Source: a virus
Lineage: Duplodnaviria; Caudoviricetes
Direction: 5' to 3' (one strand)
Length of the DNA: 64,000 nt
IMG/VR virus record: IMGVR_UViG_3300021431_000120
Span: 4,744 to 68,743 of that record
The translations under genes were made by a program, and so were the position numbers. Below the pieces are notes generated by a model. The model had not been told where the DNA came from and did not search any database. It worked only from the letters and a program-made list of their open reading frames with translations. The stretch's first letter is position 1. Each line of letters opens with the position of its first letter. Positions 18,359 through 27,585 of this stretch are shown here, piece by piece.

Positions 18359-20098
18359 TTATATATATACAACGCTGCGTCCAGCGCTGTAATCTTCGTA
18401 AAGCCCATCGTAGGCGTCGTCTTCGATCTCGGGCGACGGCTGCTTCTTCGGGCGGGCGTCGAGGTCCCATATCATACGAAGGTACATCGTGTCTATGATG
18501 TTTGGCGAAGCGTGGAACTTCGCTTTGTATTCATCCTTGCTCCTATAGTAAATACGCTTGTTCTTTTGGAGCCTGCGGAATGTATTGCTTTCGTCGTAGA
18601 GCACATCTATAAGCCGCCGGTGTTGTCCTTTCTTTCCGTATGGGATTTGCATGTTAAGGTCAAGCGTGGTCGATATCGCCCCGGTCTTTAATGCGACCTC
18701 TAGCTTACCCATTAACTGCGACCTTAAATTGAAGTAGAGCTCCATCTGCACCTGGTTCCCGTTTACATCGTATTCCTGCATGGCGGTTCTGTTGGCGGTA
18801 ACGGGCCATCCCTCGGTATATGCCCTTAAATAGTTTCCAAGACCAGTGGCGTCAAACGCAAAGTTTTTTTTGGGAATATTATACTTTTCCAGCATTCTGT
18901 CAATCCAGGCAACCAACTCTTTCGGGTCGCCTCGAAAAAACTCTATGCCGACAATAGTATGGCCTTTCCATGCAATAAACGGGTTATCGTCGGAGTCCGC
19001 ATTGCCACCAGATACATCCATCGTGCCGTACATTGTTTCATCCTCGTCGTATGCTGCCGTCTGTATGTCTCGCATCATCTGCTTGGATACGGTTTGCTCT
19101 TCTTCCTCGATTTCGCCGAAATAAGCCTCAGCGAGGACGGCGCGTTGGTCGCCGCCGACATTGTGAAGATTAGCGACAGACTGTCCTCTTGTTGCCGCGA
19201 CAAGTTTACGATTCCCCGCAGCCGTGCCGGTAAACAGCGTGAAGGACTTTACCATATCCACCTCACGTAGACCTGCGGCAATATCATCCTTGTTTAACTT
19301 AATATGAGCGGCACGAACAACCTCTTCTTTCGTGTCTCCCCATACGACTGACTGCGGCGTGTTTCCCTGGATGTAGAAGTACCTAGTAGCGCCGTCCATC
19401 TCTGGCTTGATATACCAGGTCTCGGTATCAATATACCCGCCACAAACCAACCATTCTGTAGTCCAGTGATTATGCTTCGGATTGAATGTCGCAACAAACT
19501 GAGGTTCTACGCCTGAAGAGTCTCTATTTCGAGAGAAGATATAGGTAAACATCTTAAACTGCTCTATAGCAGTAATTTCATCTCCAGCTATAAAACTCGC
19601 CTGTTGCTTCTTGATATACTCAACGAAATCTTCCCACTCGCTTGGATTGTCCGCATTGAAGTTCGCATGTATCATCTGGATAGCGTTATTCCATTGCGGC
19701 CAAGCAAATGTTGGTAGCTCTCCAGTTGTTACCTGGCAGTTAGAGAACTGTCCCCAGCACAAACTCGCGTCCCTAAACATTGATGTGCCCTTAGCCGAGT
19801 CGAGTTTTCGAACATTTATGAGACGGCCAGTATAATTTGGGATTCCAACACCCTGCAAAGCTTTAAGAAACAGAGAAAACGACTTTCCGGATGTTGCCTG
19901 CCCGCAGGCAAAAATAAGATTCGATGAACATTTGCAGATGTTCTCCTGCATCCCTTCTTGCGGGATCAGGTCAACACCATCCCTTAGAATATAATTCCCG
20001 ACCTTATCATACCCCTTATCTCCTACAGTAGCTAATTTCCTCTCTACATGCTCGTAAAGAGGAGGAAATGGAGCGTGATTGGGCTTTAATCTGAACAT
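18359..20098 (-). CDS. terL: Terminase large subunit
   Basis: Walker A-like GQATSGKS, Walker B-like IAGDE, ATFNP coupling motif, and an RNase H-like nuclease with MDVSGG and FAFDATGLG. Confidence 0.9.
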   Translation of the reverse strand: MFRLKPNHAPFPPLYEHVERKLATVGDKGYDKVGNYILRDGVDLIPQEGMQENICKCSSNLIFACGQATSGKSFSLFLKALQGVGIPNYTGRLINVRKLDSAKGTSMFRDASLCWGQFSNCQVTTGELPTFAWPQWNNAIQMIHANFNADNPSEWEDFVEYIKKQQASFIAGDEITAIEQFKMFTYIFSRNRDSSGVEPQFVATFNPKHNHWTTEWLVCGGYIDTETWYIKPEMDGATRYFYIQGNTPQSVVWGDTKEEVVRAAHIKLNKDDIAAGLREVDMVKSFTLFTGTAAGNRKLVAATRGQSVANLHNVGGDQRAVLAEAYFGEIEEEEQTVSKQMMRDIQTAAYDEDETMYGTMDVSGGNADSDDNPFIAWKGHTIVGIEFFRGDPKELVAWIDRMLEKYNIPKKNFAFDATGLGNYLRAYTEGWPVTANRTAMQEYDVNGNQVQMELYFNLRSQLMGKLEVALKTGAISTTLDLNMQIPYGKKGQHRRLIDVLYDESNTFRRLQKNKRIYYRSKDEYKAKFHASPNIIDTMYLRMIWDLDARPKKQPSPEIEDDAYDGLYEDYSAGRSVVYI

Positions 20099-20124
20099 AC
20101 GGCAAAAATAAAAATTTTGCCGTA
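20098..20124 (-). promoter_or_regulatory. terL promoter (-7 box TATTTTTG) inside a 10-bp inverted repeat
   Basis: Plus strand TACGGCAAAA-ataaaat-TTTTGCCGTA, overlapping the TAnnTTTG box and the start codon. Confidence 0.55.
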
Positions 20125-20134
20125 CATTTCAAAA

Positions 20135-20893
20135 TTAGTCAGTGATTTCTACTTCATAACGCATCAACGCATCATATAATCGCTTGGTTATCTCGCCTCT
20201 GTCGTAGTATTCCTGGGCAACCTTCTTGATGTATTCTTCTTTTGCTTTCTTGTATGCAGCGAAGGCATCTTCTGGTGTATCAAACAGTCCGATGAAAGCC
20301 TCTCTCCCGTCGCGACGCAATCTCGCACGATATCTTCCTTTATAGGCTGTTACGCCAAGCGGGAATAGGCCCCTGTCAGCTTTTCGGTTCACGATAAGAG
20401 AATTTATAGATTTTGGCACATATACGCAGTATTGCGGGCAATAGACCCTGTTTCCCTTTTTGATAAGGTCTTTGTCAAGGCTCCATCCGCTAACTCCATT
20501 CTCGTCGTACCATTTCTTAAATCCTGGAAAATCTCGCCAATCATCGCAAACCGTACATCCAATATATGACGGGTACTTTTTCAATTTTTTCGTATCATAA
20601 CATCGGTGCATCATATTCTTCCATTCTTGATATGCTACGGTACCAAAAACCTTTTCGTATGAATTATTCCTACCAAAACCAGCAACTCGAAAAGGTCTAT
20701 TTTCGGCTGCGCATTTCGGGCATCCTTCACTGCACAGATGGTTGCTGGCATTTTGCGTAAAGGGGCCGTGCTTTTTACAAACGACTGTAACTGGAGACCG
20801 AAAACCGTTATATTCAGTAGAGGAGTAATCGTTCTTGTCGCCCCACTTCCTGACGGCTTTCGCTATAAATTCTTCCCTCGTTAACTTTTTCAT
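20135..20893 (-). CDS. Free-standing homing-endonuclease-like protein (DUF723-like Zn ribbon, HNH-like core, AP2 domain)
   Basis: N-terminal TREEFIAKA...YDYS...CKKHGPFTQ...GCPKC; middle WKNMMHRCY...LDKDL; C-terminal AP2-like LGVTAYKGRYRARL...IGLFDTPEDAFAAY. Confidence 0.75.
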   Translation of the reverse strand: MKKLTREEFIAKAVRKWGDKNDYSSTEYNGFRSPVTVVCKKHGPFTQNASNHLCSEGCPKCAAENRPFRVAGFGRNNSYEKVFGTVAYQEWKNMMHRCYDTKKLKKYPSYIGCTVCDDWRDFPGFKKWYDENGVSGWSLDKDLIKKGNRVYCPQYCVYVPKSINSLIVNRKADRGLFPLGVTAYKGRYRARLRRDGREAFIGLFDTPEDAFAAYKKAKEEYIKKVAQEYYDRGEITKRLYDALMRYEVEITD

Positions 20894-20905
20894 ATCAACA
20901 AAAAT

Positions 20906-20988
20906 CCCACAACTTTCGGCGGTGGGTCCAGCACGCGCCTACTCGTTGTGGGGCTTTAAGTTTCTATCTGTGGTAACTGGACCTTACC
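20906..20988 (-). ncRNA. Kissing-loop/loop-E structured leader, copy A
   Basis: Hairpin 1 GGTAA-GGTCCAG-TTACC. Hairpin 2 CCCACAAC-G-AGTA-GGCGCGTG-CTGGACC-CACCGCC-GAA-A-GTTGTGGG. Promoter TATCTTTG at 21002-20995. Confidence 0.75.
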
Positions 20989-21024
20989 GTACCGCAAAGA
21001 TAGCAAAAGATTTTTAACTTTCAA

Positions 21025-21120
21025 AAAAAAACCGAGCACATCGTCACGACGGGCTCGGCGAACGTGTATAGAAAAAATGGAAAAGAAAAAAGTAGTCCGC
21101 TCTCCTTAAACGGACTTTTT
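21025..21120 (-). terminator. Two tandem intrinsic terminator-like hairpins
   Basis: AGTCCG...CGGACT plus a T-tract, then CCGAGC...GCTCGG plus T8, downstream of the DUF3127-like gene. Confidence 0.6.
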
Positions 21121-21134
21121 GTTAAGTTCGAAGG

Positions 21135-21422
21135 TTATATCGGATCGACCTGCGCTTGGTCTATACTCCATGACCAGCAGTTGAGGTCGGTAAAATATTT
21201 CCCATTATATTCGCGGGTCTTTGCATCAAATTTAAAAGTCCCGGTCTGACCGACTCGCAATTTCGCAAAATTCTCCGCATCTTTCGAGTTCTGAAGGGCA
21301 ATTGATTTAGGGAACTGTCCCGATTCATATTCAACGACCACAGTCTGACGAGCCCAGGGACCCCTCTGCCCCATGCCTCTTTCAATTGGCGGCATCGCCG
21401 TTATTTTTCCATGAATTTCCAT
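21135..21422 (-). CDS. DUF3127-like OB-fold (SSB-like) protein
   Basis: MEIHGKITAMPP...GPWARQTVVVEYE...FPKSIAL...REYNGKYFTDLNCW is the pattern of the Bacteroidota DUF3127 family. Confidence 0.75.
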   Translation of the reverse strand: MEIHGKITAMPPIERGMGQRGPWARQTVVVEYESGQFPKSIALQNSKDAENFAKLRVGQTGTFKFDAKTREYNGKYFTDLNCWSWSIDQAQVDPI

Positions 21423-21432
21423 ATATTAATTT

Positions 21433-21981
21433 TTACTTTTCTTCTTCAATTTCCGTGCCATCCTCGACTTCTTCGCAATTTTCTTCGACAAATTTTCGGT
21501 AAGCACATTCATTGCATGTTACCGGCAGATACCGCCTCGGTTGCTCTTCCACTTGCTCATCCCCGTCGAGAAGGCCTACCTTATCCATAAGCTTTAGAAC
21601 TGTCTCGGGATCCTCGGCTTGTTCAATATTGTCTGCCAGGCTCATAGCAAACTCCATCGCTTTGGTCCTTGCCTTTGCCTTCCTTTCCTCTAAACTCCCA
21701 CTCTGAACTGGCTTAACTGGCTCTGGATGCAATACTTTGTCTATCGTGGCAGTGTAAGCGTCGATATATTCCTTTACTTCTTTCCTTGCATAGAATTGCT
21801 TAATAGCATCCTCCACCGCTGCCTTCGAACTGGATGCCCTCATGTCGGGTCTAGCGAAGGTGAAAAATGCGTCCCGCTTCGTACAACCAGACAAGACATA
21901 CCACGTTAAAGCCGCTTGTTCTGGCTGAGAAAGAGAAGACAAAAATCCTTCCGGACGGAGCGGTATTAATGATTTAGCCAT
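21433..21981 (-). CDS. Possible terminase small subunit
   Basis: 182 aa with an N-terminal HTH-like part and a helical oligomerisation-like part, near terL. Confidence 0.45.
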   Translation of the reverse strand: MAKSLIPLRPEGFLSSLSQPEQAALTWYVLSGCTKRDAFFTFARPDMRASSSKAAVEDAIKQFYARKEVKEYIDAYTATIDKVLHPEPVKPVQSGSLEERKAKARTKAMEFAMSLADNIEQAEDPETVLKLMDKVGLLDGDEQVEEQPRRYLPVTCNECAYRKFVEENCEEVEDGTEIEEEK

Positions 21982-21984
21982 ATC

Positions 21985-23022
21985 CTAAGCATAAAACGGG
22001 AATAACTTGACAGATAGATTGCGCACTGATTTGTCAAACACATCAAACTCAAGTTCCAAAAAGCCCGTGTGTGCCGCCAATTTTTTTCCTCTCATAAAAT
22101 TAGTCTGCATCTGCATACAAGGAACGGAAATCGCGTGAATGTTGCGTTCAAGAATATAGCAAAACTTATGAACATGCCCTGCAAGCAAAATGTTCGGCTT
22201 GTCTCCGCCGGTTATCGCTTCGCACAACTTCTGGAGCCGATAACTGACTGCATACGAATTTGAGCCGTCTCCGCCATGGAACAGTCGCACGATAGCCCCA
22301 TCCACGTCAATATCTGCCGAATCGTGCCCGATATAAGTTACATTGGGCAACTCGTCTGCTATCGTCTTAATAATGTTCGCTCCAGCATATTCCTGGTAAT
22401 AGAAATCATGATTGCCGCTGATGATAAAAACGGGGACGTCGTACTTTTTCAGCAACGCCGCAGCCTTCGACTTCTGTGCTTCATAACCGATATCTGACAG
22501 CTCGTAAATCTGCGTTCCTATCCTGCCTATTTTCATCCCTTCGACAAGGTCGCCACAATGAAGTACGGCCTCGACATCGTGAGTATTAACATATTCAGAC
22601 ACTATGTCATGCCATTCTTCCGGAGAATAGACGCTCCCGATGTGGGTGTCGCTGATAACAATGAATTTATGGTGAACCCCTGACAGTTTTATTTCAGGAA
22701 AGACGACTTTTCTGCGCTCAATACCCTCTCCCCGTGCTATCGCGTCAATCTCAGCATCGGAATATCGTCTTTTAAGTCTCGCAATAATGGGGTCTTGATA
22801 TTTTTGTACTGGGGCGGACTTCGGTTTGGGGATTGGCTTTATGTCCGGTTCCTCCTCGCCTTCCGGTCCCTCATATATCCTAAAGGAATGGCCCTTAATC
22901 AAACAATAACCAGAGTCTCTTAGCCTATTAAATTCCTTTCCCCCATACGTCAGCCCATTTGCCTTAGTCGCCTTCCAGAGAGTCTTGAATTTACGACCAT
23001 CTTCGTCCAATACGTATCTCAT
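21985..23022 (-). CDS. Calcineurin-like metallophosphoesterase
   Basis: Motifs ISDTHIG, HCGDLVEG, ISGNHD, RLFHG and LAGHVH. Confidence 0.88.
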   Translation of the reverse strand: MRYVLDEDGRKFKTLWKATKANGLTYGGKEFNRLRDSGYCLIKGHSFRIYEGPEGEEEPDIKPIPKPKSAPVQKYQDPIIARLKRRYSDAEIDAIARGEGIERRKVVFPEIKLSGVHHKFIVISDTHIGSVYSPEEWHDIVSEYVNTHDVEAVLHCGDLVEGMKIGRIGTQIYELSDIGYEAQKSKAAALLKKYDVPVFIISGNHDFYYQEYAGANIIKTIADELPNVTYIGHDSADIDVDGAIVRLFHGGDGSNSYAVSYRLQKLCEAITGGDKPNILLAGHVHKFCYILERNIHAISVPCMQMQTNFMRGKKLAAHTGFLELEFDVFDKSVRNLSVKLFPFYA

Positions 23023-23049
23023 TCTTAAGCGGTTTTGGAGTTAATGCCG

Positions 23050-23057
23050 CAAATATA
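23050..23057 (-). promoter_or_regulatory. Bacteroidota-type promoter -7 box
   Basis: TATATTTG with an upstream TTTG, ahead of the phosphoesterase gene. Confidence 0.6.
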
Positions 23058-23080
23058 GTGTTTTTCGCGAGAAAAGCAAA

Positions 23081-23482
23081 TTATAGTTTACTATTTAAAT
23101 AATTATTGATTATCTGTTTAAACTGTTCGAGGGATCGGCAGATGTAATAAGCATATCCGTTTTGCTCAAGCCTAGCCTGAAAAGCCTTTTGCTCTTGGCT
23201 CTGGACGCCCGTATCCGTTTTAAATTCTATCGCAAGGCCGTGCAATCCATGACGCGACATAAACAAGAAAGTATCTGGAGCACCAGCAACAAGACCAAGT
23301 GCCTTTCGCATAGCACCGTCCATCTTACTATCACGATTGCCTTCATTTGGGATATGTATAAAGTTCCCCCTCGTTTCGGGATATGTGTTCCAAAGCCATT
23401 CCACACATGATGCTTGTATCCTTGCCTCGGGCTGGGTGTGCTTACGCTTCTTCGGTTGTGGCGGGGTCTCAATGATTGCCAT
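23081..23482 (-). CDS. VRR-NUC domain nuclease
   Basis: EARIQASCVEW...HIPNEG...GLVAGAPD...IEFK...QSQEQKAF. Confidence 0.88.
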   Translation of the reverse strand: MAIIETPPQPKKRKHTQPEARIQASCVEWLWNTYPETRGNFIHIPNEGNRDSKMDGAMRKALGLVAGAPDTFLFMSRHGLHGLAIEFKTDTGVQSQEQKAFQARLEQNGYAYYICRSLEQFKQIINNYLNSKL

Positions 23483-23699
23483 CTCTCAGCTCCTTTGCTT
23501 TATTCTCATACCATGCGGCCTTCGCGCGATCCTGCTCGGCAGAGTTGCCTTCTTTCAGCCCAGCACGCCATTCGTACTTGAACTGGTTACACTCGCAGAA
23601 GTTGATGACAGCCTCTGTGCCAAATCGCTCTATCATAACATCAATGCACTCTCTGCCATTCTTCAAGTAGTGAGAGGGATGGTTGACTTGTTCACTCAT
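23469..23699 (-). CDS. DUF3310-like protein
   Basis: VNHPSHY...ECID...FCECNQFKYEWRAGLK. Likely start is ATG 23699 (MSEQ). Confidence 0.8.
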   Translation of the reverse strand: MSEQVNHPSHYLKNGRECIDVMIERFGTEAVINFCECNQFKYEWRAGLKEGNSAEQDRAKAAWYENKAKELRDGNH

Positions 23700-23701
23700 A
23701 T

Positions 23702-23845
23702 TTAAACGTAGTTCATTATATCCGGTTTTTCCCCTTTCCTGACGAGCCGTTCTATCTCGCGGCGGGTGCGGCGGTCGAAGGTGTACCAATAGTCTCCGAT
23801 GGTCGCGTCCTTGAACGGCTGTGCCTTGTATTCTTCGATGGTCAT
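23702..23845 (-). CDS. Small hypothetical protein (47 aa)
   Basis: Read by hand as MTIEEYKAQPFKDATIGDYWYTFDRR...; it fills the gap in a tightly packed operon. Confidence 0.55.
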   Translation of the reverse strand: MTIEEYKAQPFKDATIGDYWYTFDRRTRREIERLVRKGEKPDIMNYV

Positions 23846-23852
23846 AGTATCG

Positions 23853-24071
23853 TTACTTTTGTTTTTCTCTTATCCATACACCCATCAGCGGAGGAACATA
23901 TATTCCAGCCTCTCTTGCCTTTTGTGCAGCGGACTCAAACATCTCTTTTTGTTCACCGGGGACAAGAAGGGGATTCTCCCGATAAGACTTCGCTTCTTTG
24001 ACTACCGACTTCAAATCATCTACCGGGCTTCTTTCTTCCGTCTCATACCCTTCTTCAAACCAACGTGCCAT
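23853..24071 (-). CDS. Hypothetical protein
   Basis: 72-aa ORF in operon context. Confidence 0.55.
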   Translation of the reverse strand: MARWFEEGYETEERSPVDDLKSVVKEAKSYRENPLLVPGEQKEMFESAAQKAREAGIYVPPLMGVWIREKQK

Positions 24072-24072
24072 G

Positions 24073-24231
24073 TCATTTAAGAATTTTTGGCATGCTTACG
24101 GTTGAACCGCACTTCGGGCACAGGAAATGACGGTATCGTTCATTCTCGTCCTCGTATTTCATCTTTTTTCGACAAATAGGGCACGTCGCTCTCTTAATGC
24201 CGAGGCGGTACAATAAACTATCAATACTCAT
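24073..24231 (-). CDS. Small Zn-ribbon protein (52 aa)
   Basis: Read by hand: CPICRKK...CPKCG. Confidence 0.6.
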   Translation of the reverse strand: MSIDSLLYRLGIKRATCPICRKKMKYEDENERYRHFLCPKCGSTVSMPKILK

Positions 24232-24232
24232 A

Positions 24233-24451
24233 TCACTCAAATATTTTTCTATAATGCTCGCACAATGCCTCGCGGGTGGGGAAAATGCGATAAGGAAGGC
24301 GCATTACCACCCGCATATCTCCGTTCGGATAATGCCCATCAATCACAACGCCGAACACATCCTCCTGCGGCACATCGTCCAGAATAAACTCCATTATTCT
24401 TTCCGCCTGTGGTTCAAACCACCACACCTTGTCTCCTGGTTTCATAGTCAA
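24233..24451 (-). CDS. Hypothetical protein
   Basis: 72-aa ORF in operon context. Confidence 0.6.
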   Translation of the reverse strand: MTMKPGDKVWWFEPQAERIMEFILDDVPQEDVFGVVIDGHYPNGDMRVVMRLPYRIFPTREALCEHYRKIFE

Positions 24452-24774
24452 TGACGATATGATGCGCCGATCTCAAACTCATTTACTCTTGGAAAAGTTT
24501 CCAAAGGGGACTGTTTTACACCAACTATTTCCTGTTCTGTATCAGCATCCCAGACCTTACCATCATTAGTATGGTAATGGTCTTCATCATCAAGCTCATA
24601 ACAATCCGGGCAATAGTGCTTGTCCCCGAATTTTAGCCACTCGCTATCAAGAGCGGACTGCTCGATAAGTTCTCCGTTCTCATCGTCAATGTATGAGCAA
24701 AAGTCATCTCCGTCGTGGAAGTGCGTCCCGCACCCATCACAGACAATAATCATTGATTTCACTTCTTGTTTCAT
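24448..24774 (-). CDS. Acidic Zn-finger-like hypothetical protein
   Basis: CDGCG...HYCPDC. Confidence 0.65.
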   Translation of the reverse strand: MKQEVKSMIIVCDGCGTHFHDGDDFCSYIDDENGELIEQSALDSEWLKFGDKHYCPDCYELDDEDHYHTNDGKVWDADTEQEIVGVKQSPLETFPRVNEFEIGASYRH

Positions 24775-24826
24775 TTCTCGTATTCGCTTTTCTTGGGACT
24801 GTTCCGTCTAATCTCGATGTCCATAA

Positions 24827-25108
24827 CTACTCTAACCAGTACTTTGTTACTTCAAACCCAGCGTCGGTCTCTTTTACTTCAAAATCGTACTCGTTCAGCC
24901 GGTTGTACTCTTCCTTAAATGTCTCCTTAAAGCCACGTATAGACTGGAAGGCTAAGGAAACTTCTTCGACTTCCACGTCAGAACATAACTTCTTTGGTCC
25001 ATAACCGATAACCGAAGAATCATTAAGAATCAGATTATCTTCGACCAAAATCTCAATGGTCTTCGCAAAGGCTAACAAAGCCGCTTTAGAATTACCTAAC
25101 TCCATCAC
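24827..25108 (-). CDS. Hypothetical protein
   Basis: 93-aa ORF in operon context. Confidence 0.55.
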   Translation of the reverse strand: MMELGNSKAALLAFAKTIEILVEDNLILNDSSVIGYGPKKLCSDVEVEEVSLAFQSIRGFKETFKEEYNRLNEYDFEVKETDAGFEVTKYWLE

Positions 25109-25320
25109 TAATCCTCCTCAATTTCTACAGTTATCTTCACTCGTTTTCCACGGAATTCGTCGAGGTCAAAGGCTTTCGGTCTGTTCTGATTGAATGGGAA
25201 ATAAAAACTTTGTGGCACGCCATTCAGACTGTCAGGATACGCATCAACTTGGAATAGAAATCCATCTTCTCTGTTGTATTGAAAACCAACCATATGTCCG
25301 ATTTGTTCTGAAATAATCAT
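25108..25320 (-). CDS. Hypothetical protein
   Basis: 70-aa ORF in operon context. Confidence 0.55.
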   Translation of the reverse strand: MIISEQIGHMVGFQYNREDGFLFQVDAYPDSLNGVPQSFYFPFNQNRPKAFDLDEFRGKRVKITVEIEED

Positions 25321-25357
25321 ATTCTTACTTTTCTGCTTCTCCCTTCAAATCCCGTGC

Positions 25358-25963
25358 CTAAAACAGTTTCGGCGAGGCGGGCTTCACAAAACTGAACCTC
25401 CCGTGGTTTCTTTTATTCTGTACTTCGTCGCCCGGTTTCGGAGGATAACCATCTGGACGCCAAAAGAACCCGCCGTGCGTCCTGTTCTCGCCTCGATAAC
25501 AAGCTGATATATGAGCTCGGCATAGTCCAGTTTCTCTCGCCGCCTCTGATATACTCCGAAACACTTTGATGAGATTACAGTTTATGTCGTACTGTAAAAC
25601 ACTCTTTCTTTTACCTCTTACCATCTTCTCCCTTGCGGAGCCATAGTTTAAATTGTATTTATTTGTGCACCACTCCAAGTTATCCGCGTTGTTATTAGTT
25701 TTATTCTCGTCTTTATGGTTTACAATCGGATAACCATTCGGATTCGGCACAAAAGCAATGGCGACTAAACGATGGACAAAAAATTGCTTTGTCTTTCCGT
25801 TTTTAGATAGACCAACGACCTTATATCCATAACAAGAGGTGGATTGTCGTATAATTTTGACTATGCCCAAACATTTATAGTTAAGGGCTTTTACATTGCC
25901 ATAATTGCTGATTTCATATAGGCCCTCATACCCCAGAACGGTCTTCCAAACTTCTATCTTCAT
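25358..25963 (-). CDS. NUMOD4-HNH-NUMOD1 homing endonuclease
   Basis: EVWKTVLGYEGLYEISNYG; VHRLVAIAF...VNHKDENKTNNNADNLEWCT; SISEAARETG. Confidence 0.9.
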   Translation of the reverse strand: MKIEVWKTVLGYEGLYEISNYGNVKALNYKCLGIVKIIRQSTSCYGYKVVGLSKNGKTKQFFVHRLVAIAFVPNPNGYPIVNHKDENKTNNNADNLEWCTNKYNLNYGSAREKMVRGKRKSVLQYDINCNLIKVFRSISEAARETGLCRAHISACYRGENRTHGGFFWRPDGYPPKPGDEVQNKRNHGRFSFVKPASPKLF

Positions 25964-25976
25964 CTTAAAAACAACA

Positions 25977-26059
25977 ATCCCCTGTGTTCAAATAGCGGTG
26001 GAAGCACTATCCTACTGGCAGGGGATGCGATATTTCTACTTGCTATCTTCCACATAGCA
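25977..26059 (-). ncRNA. Kissing-loop/loop-E structured leader, copy B
   Basis: Hairpin 1 TGCTAT-GTGGAAG-ATAGCA. Hairpin 2 ATCCCCTG-CC-AGTA-GGATAGTG-CTTCCAC-CGCTATTT-GAA-CA-CAGGGGAT. Promoter TATCTTTG at 26075-26068. Confidence 0.75.
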
Positions 26060-26081
26060 TTGTTATGCAAAGATAGTAATT

Positions 26082-27584
26082 TTATTTAAACAACGAAGGA
26101 TTCTCGTCTTTTTTCTTAACCTTTACCTTGCTCAAGATATTAGTCCGAAAAGCCCACCAATACTTCGGACTGATACTCTCCCCGTGTTTGGTCCGAAGAA
26201 CTTCTATCGCTCGCATAAAAGCTCCCTTCTGGTTGTCGGGATTCTTTATGCAAACTTGAATCAATATCCAGTTCGTCTTTTTCCCTTCAAGTTTCTTTCT
26301 TGCGACATACCCCTCAATCGTTTCTTCATCGTTTTTTGCGACTATTTCTTGTAAATCTGATTGATAGATTTCTTGCTGTGTCGGAAAGTGGTACTGGCAA
26401 TACGGGCAATCTTGATATTGAACCGGAATCATCTTCTGGCACTGCGGACAGATTTTCATAGGCGGCACTCCGCCGCCAGCGCCCTCCTTATGCCAAAGTC
26501 CCCAAACGCGAGAATCTTCATAACGACCGAGGCGAGAGTAATTGAGGCCGAAATCCAAACAGATAAACTCGCCATTCTTCCCGTCAGCGGGCCTGCTGCA
26601 ACGGCCTAACACTTGATACCACTTAACTATCGAGGTCGTAGCGAACAAGACAAGCACGGTCTTTATATCAGGTATATCCAGGCCAGCAGTTCCTATTCCA
26701 AGCAGCACAAGAACTTGAAACTCTCCGCGCTTAAACTGAGCCATAATCTCTTTTCTTTCCCCACTAAAGTCCTCGTCCTCATCAAAGTTGGCTGATAGCA
26801 GGTATTTCGCTTTAATACCCGCAGCGCAGAATTGCTCCGTGATTCCAATAACTTGCTCGGAACTACATCCGAAACATACGGCCTTAGCGCCGGGACAAAT
26901 ACGCTGATAATTCTCCACTGCCCCGATGTACCTTGCGCGAGACTTGAACTTCTGAGCCATCTGACCAAGCGAGTAATCTCCACGACCGTAGTCCCACTCG
27001 ACATCATCCATCGACGGAGCATCCAAGGAATACAACTTGCATCGGCACAAAAAACCTTGGTCTATTAGGTCTTGGACTGATGGGCCAACTACCATCGCCT
27101 CATACATAAGCGCGAGTTGCTTCATTCGCCCATACCGAGCAGGGGTGGCACTAAGACCTACCACATACACCCTCGGATTAACATACTCAAAGATGACGTC
27201 GAATTCACTTCTATGACATTCATCAAGTATCATGAACTTAAACTCGTCGAACCAAGCCCGCCAAGAATCCTTCTTGAGCCTCTGCCGTAGTGTCTGCACC
27301 ATCATACAGCAGCAGTCATTCTCCGGCATCTTCCGTGTCTTAGCATACACTTCGGCAACATCAACGCCCCACTTACGAGCGTGATTGGCGTCTTGTCTTA
27401 AGATTTCCTCGCTATGGGCAAGGATTAAAACACGATTATGTTTAGCCGTTGACATTGATGCCATTGAACCGATAAGGACCCCCTTCCCGCTTCCGGTCGG
27501 GGACTGTACAATAATATGCTTGTGCTTCGCGAGAGCCTGACGAGACTCGGTAATAAGCGTTTGTTGGTATTCGCGTAACTGCAT
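26082..27584 (-). CDS. SF2 DEAD/DEAH-box helicase with C-terminal Zn finger
   Basis: LREYQ, SPTGSGK, LDECH, LSATP, GRCSR, and CPQC...CPYC. Confidence 0.92.
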   Translation of the reverse strand: MQLREYQQTLITESRQALAKHKHIIVQSPTGSGKGVLIGSMASMSTAKHNRVLILAHSEEILRQDANHARKWGVDVAEVYAKTRKMPENDCCCMMVQTLRQRLKKDSWRAWFDEFKFMILDECHRSEFDVIFEYVNPRVYVVGLSATPARYGRMKQLALMYEAMVVGPSVQDLIDQGFLCRCKLYSLDAPSMDDVEWDYGRGDYSLGQMAQKFKSRARYIGAVENYQRICPGAKAVCFGCSSEQVIGITEQFCAAGIKAKYLLSANFDEDEDFSGERKEIMAQFKRGEFQVLVLLGIGTAGLDIPDIKTVLVLFATTSIVKWYQVLGRCSRPADGKNGEFICLDFGLNYSRLGRYEDSRVWGLWHKEGAGGGVPPMKICPQCQKMIPVQYQDCPYCQYHFPTQQEIYQSDLQEIVAKNDEETIEGYVARKKLEGKKTNWILIQVCIKNPDNQKGAFMRAIEVLRTKHGESISPKYWWAFRTNILSKVKVKKKDENPSLFK

Positions 27585-27585
27585 A

